A stretch of DNA of 54,493 nt from Mycobacteriales bacterium (GTDB lineage Bacteria > Actinomycetota > Actinomycetes > JAFAQI01): assembly GCA_035695245.1 (NCBI GenBank), contig DASSEQ010000186.1, positions 1-54,493 of the forward strand, given 5' to 3'. Made by a program: the position numbers and the translations under genes. Of the stretch, positions 48,700 through 54,493 are shown piece by piece (positions within the stretch are counted from its first letter, which is position 1; each line of letters opens with the position of its first letter). Below the pieces are notes generated by a model that saw nothing but the letters and a program-made list of their open reading frames with translations, searched no databases and was not told the DNA's origin.

Positions 48700-49137
48700 T
48701 CAGGCCAGCGAGGCCTCGAGCGTTATCTCCGTGCCGGACAACGCCTTGCTGACCGGGCAGCCCGCCTTGGCCGCCGCGGCCGCCTGCGCGAAAGCGTCCG
48801 CGTCGAGTCCATCGACCTCGCCTTCGACGGTGAGCTTGATTCCGGTGATGCGGAACCCACCGGCTGGGTCCGGCCCGAGGGTGACGTCGGCGGTGACGTC
48901 GAGGCTCTGCGGTGTGCCGCCGGCCTGGGCGATCCCGTTGGAGAGTGACATCGCGTAACAAGCGGCATGCGCTGCCGCGATCAGCTCCTCCGGACTGGTC
49001 ACACCACCGGCGTCGTCCGCAGCGCGCTTGGGGAAGTTGACGTCGAACGTGCCGACCTTGCTGCTGGTCAGCTCGACCTGGCCCGATCCTTCCTGAAGAG
49101 TTCCGTTCCAGGCGACACGCGCAGTGCGGGTGGGCAT
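48700..49137 (-). CDS. OsmC-family peroxiredoxin
   Basis: Trimmed to ATG 49137 (MPTRTARVAWNGTLQEGSG). Conserved Cys pair in AAHAACYAM and AKAGCPVSKAL. Confidence 0.85.
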   Translation of the reverse strand: MPTRTARVAWNGTLQEGSGQVELTSSKVGTFDVNFPKRAADDAGGVTSPEELIAAAHAACYAMSLSNGIAQAGGTPQSLDVTADVTLGPDPAGGFRITGIKLTVEGEVDGLDADAFAQAAAAAKAGCPVSKALSGTEITLEASLA

Positions 49138-49225
49138 AGCTCCTCCAGTTGCGATTTGGGTGCGACAGGCCTCAATCCTCACAGTGGGCTATGGACCTCC
49201 TGATCGGGGATGGCAAGAGTCCGCG

Positions 49226-49927
49226 ATGAGGGAGACCGCGAGGGCCTTCCTCGCCGGGGCTGACCCGGCCTACCTCGCGGGAGGTGCCGTGTATCTCTTC
49301 CATCGCACAGCACGATTGGGCACCGGCAGCGCACACGAAGAGATCTCGTGGTCGTTGTCGATGACCGAGAAGGTCAACCAGATCAGCTCGACTCCCGTGA
49401 CGCTGTGGTCGACGTTCATGTCGCCCGGCGTCAACACGCTGACTTGGACGACGATCGTCGAGAACCTGTCGGATCTCGAGGCGACGAACGACAAGCTCAT
49501 GACGGACAACGGCTACCTGATGCTGCTGGAGCAAGGTGCGCGTTACGCATCGGAGGACGCGATCAACGACGGTCTGATGCAGATCCTGTACGCCGACGCA
49601 GCCATGGACCCGGCGCAACCGCCGGCGTATGTCTCCGCAGTGGACGCGGTGCTCGCTCCGGGCGGCTACATCCACGGCATCGAAGTAGGTATCGAGATCG
49701 CACAGCGCGCTGAGGCCATCACCGGCGTGCCGGTCTCGTTCTGCGTCAGCAACACCGGCGTCTACGGCGCGGTGTCCTGGTTCGCGTCGTACAACTCGAT
49801 CGACCACGTGCAACAGGCGAACGAGAAGCTGAACGGTGACATGACGTTTGCGCAGTTCCTCGATGCGGAGACGAGCAAGTGCTACCAGCCGTCAGCAACG
49901 CAACAGATCTACCGTCGCCTGGCCTGA
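49226..49927 (+). CDS. Hypothetical protein with an internal tandem duplication (two ~100-aa alpha+beta modules)
   Basis: Trimmed to ATG 49226. Half 1 (...PVTLWSTFMSPGVNTLTWTTIVENLSDLEATNDKL) aligns by eye with half 2 (...PVSFCVSNTGVYGAVSWFASYNSIDHVQQANEKL). Confidence 0.5.
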   Translation: MRETARAFLAGADPAYLAGGAVYLFHRTARLGTGSAHEEISWSLSMTEKVNQISSTPVTLWSTFMSPGVNTLTWTTIVENLSDLEATNDKLMTDNGYLMLLEQGARYASEDAINDGLMQILYADAAMDPAQPPAYVSAVDAVLAPGGYIHGIEVGIEIAQRAEAITGVPVSFCVSNTGVYGAVSWFASYNSIDHVQQANEKLNGDMTFAQFLDAETSKCYQPSATQQIYRRLA

Positions 49928-49940
49928 TCCTCGCCTCGCT

Positions 49941-50624
49941 CTAAACCGGCGCGCGGAGCGCAGGCACGCGATCAAACGACGAATAGGTCGTCACCAGCGA
50001 GACCGGGATCGCGCGGCCATGCACTGTCGTCGTCGTACGCAAGACCAGAAGTGTGACGTGGCCTGCCGCGTCGAACGTCAGCGTCACCTGCACCGGCGCG
50101 GCCGTCGTCGGCAACCCGATGGCGGCCGCGGCCGTCGCAGGCAGCTGTCCGACGACGCCAGAGCCCGCAGTGCTGCGCAGGTTGACAACACCGTCGAGCA
50201 CCTGGGCGAGTGTTCGCGTGGGGTCCGCACCGGCTCGCGGTTGCCGCAGCCGCGACCATTTGCCGGGCAGTGTTCTTACGTACGTCGCAGTGCGCAGTCG
50301 AATCGTCTGGGTGCGCACTCGTCCGACAGTGAGGGTGTACGCAACACCCTGAGCACGCACCACGCTGCCGTCTTCGCGCGTGGTCACCGGATGGGTGCCG
50401 GTGATGGTCTGCGCCGCATCGAATCGGTATGACTTCACCGCCGCCAGCACTGACTTAGCGTGTTGCAGGGCCATGCTCGCCGTCGCGTCCACAGTTGCCG
50501 GGGATGACGCCACCGGCGTCGAGCTAGCTGCGCTCTTGGCGCCGGTCCCGCTGCTGCACCCCGCCGCCAGGGCAACAATGACGAGGGGCGCGAATGCTCG
50601 CGCCCCTCGCACACAGTTCGTCAT
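49941..50624 (-). CDS. Putative lipoprotein (beta-rich)
   Basis: Signal peptide plus lipobox (FAPLVIVALAAGCSSG), 227 aa. Lies 14 nt downstream of the acidic repeat protein gene. Confidence 0.65.
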   Translation of the reverse strand: MTNCVRGARAFAPLVIVALAAGCSSGTGAKSAASSTPVASSPATVDATASMALQHAKSVLAAVKSYRFDAAQTITGTHPVTTREDGSVVRAQGVAYTLTVGRVRTQTIRLRTATYVRTLPGKWSRLRQPRAGADPTRTLAQVLDGVVNLRSTAGSGVVGQLPATAAAAIGLPTTAAPVQVTLTFDAAGHVTLLVLRTTTTVHGRAIPVSLVTTYSSFDRVPALRAPV

Positions 50625-50638
50625 GGTTGGTTCTTGCG

Positions 50639-51226
50639 TCAGCCGTCAGAGCCGCCGTCGCCGGAACCACCGTCGCCGGAGCCACCGTCACCAGAGCCAC
50701 CGTCACCAGAGTCGCCGGAGCCACCGCCGTCGTGGTGGTCACCCGACCCGCTGGTGTCGCTGCCGCTGCTGTCGTCACTGCCATCCGAGCCACTGTTGTC
50801 GCTGGAAACGCTGGCCGTCGGCTGGGGGCTTCCGTTGTCGTCACCCTGGTCCTCGCCCTGGGCGTCTTGGTTGTCGCCGTGGTCGCCGTCGCCCTGGTCG
50901 TCGCCGGCCTGGCCGTCGTGGTGCTCGCTCTCGGTGGGCGAGGGAGTCGCCGTCGGCTCATCAGCCTGGGCATCGTCGCCTTGCTGGTCCTCGCCTTGGT
51001 CGTCACCGGTGGTCGCGCCTGTGACGTCGCCGTTGTCGTCGAGGTCATCAGTGACTACTACGCCAGTGCCCGGCACGGTCATGGAGATCGAGGTCGGCGT
51101 CTTGTTGGCGTCCGAGCCTGACGAACCGCCGGACGCAGCGGCAACTCCGGCGACTGCACCGCTCGTCACCAAGGTCATTGCGAGGGCGAGGGCCGCCTTC
51201 GAGGGAACGCGCACGATTACCTCCAT
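50639..51226 (-). CDS. Secreted, highly acidic Asp/Gly/Ser/Gln-rich low-complexity protein with SGDGG repeats (likely start GTG 51214)
   Basis: Signal-like N-terminus (SKAALALAMTLVTSGAVAGVAAA), then a D/G/S/Q/H-rich region that ends in four SGDGG repeats. A GGAGG RBS lies 5 nt before GTG 51214. This frame is the only one with an export signal. Confidence 0.6.
   Translation of the reverse strand: MEVIVRVPSKAALALAMTLVTSGAVAGVAAASGGSSGSDANKTPTSISMTVPGTGVVVTDDLDDNGDVTGATTGDDQGEDQQGDDAQADEPTATPSPTESEHHDGQAGDDQGDGDHGDNQDAQGEDQGDDNGSPQPTASVSSDNSGSDGSDDSSGSDTSGSGDHHDGGGSGDSGDGGSGDGGSGDGGSGDGGSDG
50650..50709. repeat. Four tandem 15-bp repeats (the last two identical) within the acidic-protein CDS
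   Basis: Units are gccgccgtcgccgga / accaccgtcgccgga / gccaccgtcaccaga / gccaccgtcaccaga. Each encodes SGDGG on the minus strand. Confidence 0.9.
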
Positions 51227-51308
51227 TGGCTCCGTGGGTCATGACGGTCAACCACGTCATCGCCCGTGGGTTCGCGGAGGTTACGGGCCCGGGCAGAAAT
51301 CCTTCGGT

Positions 51309-52253
51309 TCACCTGTTCGGCGGCAGCGGGATGGCACGCACCTGACCCACCGGGACGCCATGACCGAGCACCCGAGTGGTGCGGAGTTCGGTGAGCGGCG
51401 ACGGATCGAGACCGAGCGCGACGAGCGCCTCGATCAACACCGGAGTGCGCGCACGACCGGCGCCGTCTGCGATCTTGATCGCAACGGACGACCCATCGTC
51501 CAGCGCGGCTGCATACACCCCCTCGGCCCCGTCTTTGGCGATCATTCCCGGCACGGAGAGCATCAAGGAGGTGACGTCGCGACCGCTCCCGCCGACGAGG
51601 TCAGGATGGCCCCGCATTGCTCGAGCGACATCACTGTGGACCAGCCTGGTGAACGCGCGAGCGAGCCCGCGAAGCGAAACCGCGAAGGCCGGTGCACCGC
51701 AGCCGTCGACCGCCACCGCACTGACGCGCTCGCCGCAAAGATCCTCAGTGGCGGCTCGTGCAGCGACTTGCACAGGGTGGTCGACGTCCAAGTAGTCGTC
51801 CACGGACCATCCGTTGGCGACACACGTCGCCAACATCGCGGCGTGCTTGCCGGAGCAGTTCTGGTGCAAGCGATCGGCCTCGCCACCGGCTCGCAGCAGT
51901 GCGTGAGCGCTCGGGATGTGCAAGGGTAGATCGGGCGTGTTCTGCAGATGCGACTCGTCCAGACCCGCCCCCGCCAGGATGCGGCGTACGACGGCGACAT
52001 GCCGCGCCTCGCCGGAGTGACTCGCCGTCGCCAATGCGATCTGCTCGTCGTCGTGCGGCTGCCAGCCGCTGCGCAGAAATGCGAATGCCTGCAACGGTTT
52101 CAGGCTGCTCCGCGGAAGGACCGGCGCAGCTGTGTCGCCTACATCCATGACGACCGTGCCATCGGCAGCCAGCGCGACCACATGCCCGTGATGCCGGCTC
52201 TCGACGAAGCCGCTGCGCACTACCTCCGCGACGACTGGCGCCGGACGACTCAT
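51309..52253 (-). CDS. Asparaginase (Asparaginase_II / Rhizobium-type family)
   Basis: VRSGFVESRHHGHVV, PRSSLKPLQA, TASHSGE, NCSGKHAAML. Confidence 0.82.
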   Translation of the reverse strand: MSRPAPVVAEVVRSGFVESRHHGHVVALAADGTVVMDVGDTAAPVLPRSSLKPLQAFAFLRSGWQPHDDEQIALATASHSGEARHVAVVRRILAGAGLDESHLQNTPDLPLHIPSAHALLRAGGEADRLHQNCSGKHAAMLATCVANGWSVDDYLDVDHPVQVAARAATEDLCGERVSAVAVDGCGAPAFAVSLRGLARAFTRLVHSDVARAMRGHPDLVGGSGRDVTSLMLSVPGMIAKDGAEGVYAAALDDGSSVAIKIADGAGRARTPVLIEALVALGLDPSPLTELRTTRVLGHGVPVGQVRAIPLPPNR

Positions 52254-52265
52254 GCGCGGTCTGGC

Positions 52266-52802
52266 TCAGGCCTCCGACGGCAACAGGTCGCTCGGGTCGG
52301 CGTCACCTTCGCGGTAGCGACGGGTCACTTCCGCGGTGAGCTGGTCCATCGCGTGCTGCACCTGCCGGCGGGATTCCGAAACCTTGTGCTCTTCCGCCTC
52401 GAGCACCTCGAGCACTCGGCGAAGAGACGCATCGTCGTGCGCAGAAGGATTCGACAGGTCGACATCCGCGACCAGCGCCTCAACGTGCCGGCGATGAGCA
52501 TCGGCTCGCGATGGCTCCGCCGCGATGTGACGACCGAGACCGTGTGGGCCGCCGGTGTGCTCGTCCGCGAGAATCCGCGGCAGCGCGGAGACGAGGTCGG
52601 TCTCCTCACCGTTTCGCCGCGCGAGCTCGGCCCGCAAGATGTCGAGTCGACCTTGAAGCAGGCGGCGGAGATAGGACAGGTCGGTCTCCTCCTGCTCGGC
52701 GTCCCGCCTCCGCTCGCGCAGCTCGTCGAGCGAGATCTTGTCCAGCGCCGACACGAACTCGTCCGCCAGCACCCTGTCGATCCGGCGGTTGCCCTGAACC
52801 AT
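52266..52802 (-). CDS. rsiG: RsiG-like c-di-GMP-binding anti-sigma factor (178 aa)
   Basis: Trimmed from track ORF 52266..53093 to ATG 52802, which overlaps the upstream stop as ATGA. It has two exact E-x3-S-x2-R-x3-Q-x3-D motifs: ETDLSYLRRLLQGRLD (residues 39-54) and EHKVSESRRQVQHAMD (residues 138-153), both on predicted long helices. Confidence 0.78.
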   Translation of the reverse strand: MVQGNRRIDRVLADEFVSALDKISLDELRERRRDAEQEETDLSYLRRLLQGRLDILRAELARRNGEETDLVSALPRILADEHTGGPHGLGRHIAAEPSRADAHRRHVEALVADVDLSNPSAHDDASLRRVLEVLEAEEHKVSESRRQVQHAMDQLTAEVTRRYREGDADPSDLLPSEA

Positions 52803-53665
52803 CAGCGGACTCCTGTCCCTGCCGTCGTTCGGCGTCGTTCTTTCACACCTAGCATGGCGCGCGCCTCCGCGACCGGCATCGGCGGCCGCTGTGCGAGCTC
52901 GGCGGCGGCCGCCGCGCGCTCGACGAGCTGCGCGTTGTCGCGAACAGCATTGCCCGCGGCGAACGTGAGCGTGTCTTCCATGCCCACGCGCAGATGGCCC
53001 CCGGCGGCCAAGGCCCCGAACATCACCGGCAGCGTTGTCCGCCCCACGCCGGTCGCGGACCACGTCGCCTCGGCCGGCAAAGCAGCGGCACATGCCAGCA
53101 GCGCTTGGACGGTGCCCGGCATCCCGCCGGGGACACCCATCACGAGATCGCAGTGCACGTGCCCGCCGTACGGCTCGCCGTTGCGGTCGAGGAGCCGACG
53201 CATCGTCGCTACGTGGCCGAGATCGAACAGCTCGAACTCGGGCACGATCTCCCGCTCGCGCATGGCCAGGTAAAGCTGCTCGATCAGCTCCCAGCGGTTC
53301 ATGAACACGTCAGTGCCGAAGTTGACGGTGCCGCACGTGAGGCTGGCCGCGTCCGGGTTGCTGTCGAGCACCGCGAGGCGGGCCGCTTCGGAGTCGGTCA
53401 CCGCGCCGCCGGTCGACACCTGCACGACCAGATCCGTTGCTTCGCGCACTGCCTCGATCGCCGCCCGGACGTGGCCCAGGTCGAGCGTCGGCGCCGCGTC
53501 TGCGTCGCGGACGTGCACGTGGATCACGGCCGCCCCGGCCGCTTGACACGCTTTGGCCGTCGCGACCAGCTCGTCGAGGGTGCACGGCAGGGTCGGAACG
53601 TCGGTTTTGGACGATTCCGCCCCCGTCGGAGCGACCGTGATGAGGGTGCCGGGCACGGTGGCCAT
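52802..53665 (-). CDS. BKACE-family (3-keto-5-aminohexanoate cleavage enzyme-like, DUF849) protein
   Basis: ITVAPTGAESSK, VIHVHVRD, QVSTGG, GGHLRVGMED. Confidence 0.85.
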   Translation of the reverse strand: MATVPGTLITVAPTGAESSKTDVPTLPCTLDELVATAKACQAAGAAVIHVHVRDADAAPTLDLGHVRAAIEAVREATDLVVQVSTGGAVTDSEAARLAVLDSNPDAASLTCGTVNFGTDVFMNRWELIEQLYLAMREREIVPEFELFDLGHVATMRRLLDRNGEPYGGHVHCDLVMGVPGGMPGTVQALLACAAALPAEATWSATGVGRTTLPVMFGALAAGGHLRVGMEDTLTFAAGNAVRDNAQLVERAAAAAELAQRPPMPVAEARAMLGVKERRRTTAGTGVR

Positions 53666-53798
53666 CCTGTCACGACTCGGCGGCCCGGAAAGTCGGGTCA
53701 GATTCCCCCGGATGGCTCAACAACGGGCACCCGCTTGCCGAAGGAATAACCACATCCTCAGGTGGCAGGCGCAACTAGTTGTGGCGGGAGGTCGCAGC

Positions 53799-54493
53799 AT
53801 GCTCAAGGGCGACCTCGTGTCGACGCCGATCGCCCCTCTGCTGCTGAGCTTGGCCGACGAGGAATCCACTGGCTGTCTGCACGTCTCCGACCCCGAGGGC
53901 GACGAGGCGCTGATCTACTTCAAGGCTGGCCTCGTCTACGCCATCTCCGTGCCCGGCCGCCGACCGCAGCTCGGCGCCAAGCTCGTCTCCAGCGGTGCCC
54001 TCACGCCCGAAGCGTTGGCCGAGGCACTTGACGCACAGCGCAGCGAGCTGCAGGGATGGCGCCTGGGCGAGTTGCTCGTGCACCTCGGCTACGTCGAGCA
54101 ACCGGTCGTCGAGGCCTTTGTGCGCGAACAGGTGCACGACGCGATCTGGGACCTCATCCGTTGGACCGAGGGTCGTTGGCGCTTCCGCAAGAGCGAGCGG
54201 ACTCGCGAGGACGTCGCCCCGCCCATGACCGTGCATGAACTTCTGAACGACCTTCGCGAGCGCGGCGTGTCATGGGAAGCGATCTCGTCTGTCGTACACG
54301 GACCGACCGCGGTGCCCGTGCTGTCCACCCGCGGGGGTGGGGCGCCTGAGACCACGCTCGACGCCGACGCATGGTCGATGCTGTGCAAGATCGACGGCGA
54401 GCGTTCCGTCGCCGAGCTCGCTCGCGACTGCGGCTACACCCTCTTCGAAGCCGGCCAGGTGCTGGTCGCGCTCGTGCAAGCCGGTCTGGTCGA
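53799..54493 (+). CDS. DUF4388-domain protein with an MshEN/T2SSE_N-like tandem motif; the 3' end lies beyond the window
   Basis: Absent from the ORF track because it is truncated. Manual translation from ATG 53799 (GGGAGG RBS 7 nt upstream) gives MLKGDLVSTPIAPLLLSLADEESTGCLHVSDPEGDEALIYFKAGLVYAI (DUF4388 pattern). It continues with QLGAKLVSSGALTPEALAEALDAQ-RSELQGW-RLGELLVHLGYVEQPVVEAFVREQ. The frame stays open to the window end. Confidence 0.8.
   Translation, partial: MLKGDLVSTPIAPLLLSLADEESTGCLHVSDPEGDEALIYFKAGLVYAISVPGRRPQLGAKLVSSGALTPEALAEALDAQRSELQGWRLGELLVHLGYVEQPVVEAFVREQVHDAIWDLIRWTEGRWRFRKSERTREDVAPPMTVHELLNDLRERGVSWEAISSVVHGPTAVPVLSTRGGGAPETTLDADAWSMLCKIDGERSVAELARDCGYTLFEAGQVLVALVQAGLV

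Noticed and set aside
50650-50709. Possible CRISPR-like or minisatellite array
   Set aside because: The units are only 15 bp, contiguous without spacers, in frame and inside a CDS. This is a coding tandem repeat, not CRISPR.
50524-51929. Alternative-frame ORFs through the repeat region (50594..51121 plus, 50634..51929 plus, 50524..51048 minus)
   Set aside because: All are frames of the same low-complexity DNA. Only the 50639..51226 minus frame has a signal peptide, an RBS and operon-compatible spacing. The choice is still uncertain, as noted in the finding.
51948-53273. 441-aa plus-strand ORF over the asparaginase/rsiG-like/BKACE genes
   Set aside because: It is antisense to three coupled genes with strong family motifs and has no motif of its own.
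53775-54236. 153-aa minus-strand ORF at the right end
   Set aside because: It is antisense to the DUF4388/MshEN-like gene, which has an RBS, clear domain patterns and an open frame to the window edge.

Overview
High-GC (about 70%) actinobacterial chromosomal core region, densely packed with about 60 protein genes, one tRNA and no rRNA, CRISPR array, transposase or integrase. All calls rest on reading the supplied translations and the raw sequence; no database search was run.

Gene order recalls Mycobacterium-type neighbourhoods:
- groEL with CIRCE operators
- gpgS, and otsA/otsB
- gdh-PAP2-hmgA
- carD, PIN/TRAM, ispD, ispF, cysS, rlmB
- gpmA, YbjN-like, mshA
- an XRE regulator followed by an HbhA-like gene

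The ORF track cannot show the following, which I read directly from the sequence:
- Three riboswitches. A ydaO/c-di-AMP class element lies upstream of an NlpC/P60 hydrolase. A SAM-I element lies upstream of a ThrC-like plus GG-terminated sulfur-carrier pair. A yybP-ykoY/Mn2+ element lies upstream of a TerC gene.
- A dual CIRCE operator with an embedded promoter.
- tRNA-Thr(UGU).
- Two window-truncated genes: groEL at the left edge and a DUF4388 gene at the right edge.

The most interesting loci:
1. At 51.3-54.5 kb an RsiG-type anti-sigma factor carries two perfect c-di-GMP-binding E-x3-S-x2-R-x3-Q-x3-D motifs. It is translationally coupled inside a BKACE-asparaginase operon. Its divergent neighbour is a DUF4388 protein with a tandem MshEN-like motif pair, which is a second candidate c-di-GMP receptor.
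2. A SAM-riboswitch-controlled ThrC-like/MoaD-like pair suggests protein-thiocarboxylate-dependent homocysteine synthesis.
3. A Bacillus Spo0H(SigH)-type sigma factor sits in the Firmicute-like position cysS-rlmB-sigH.
4. An MprF-like aminoacyl-lipid synthase lies divergent from an esterase-esterase-deacetylase operon.

Many long ORFs in the track are antisense shadows typical of high-GC DNA and were rejected.
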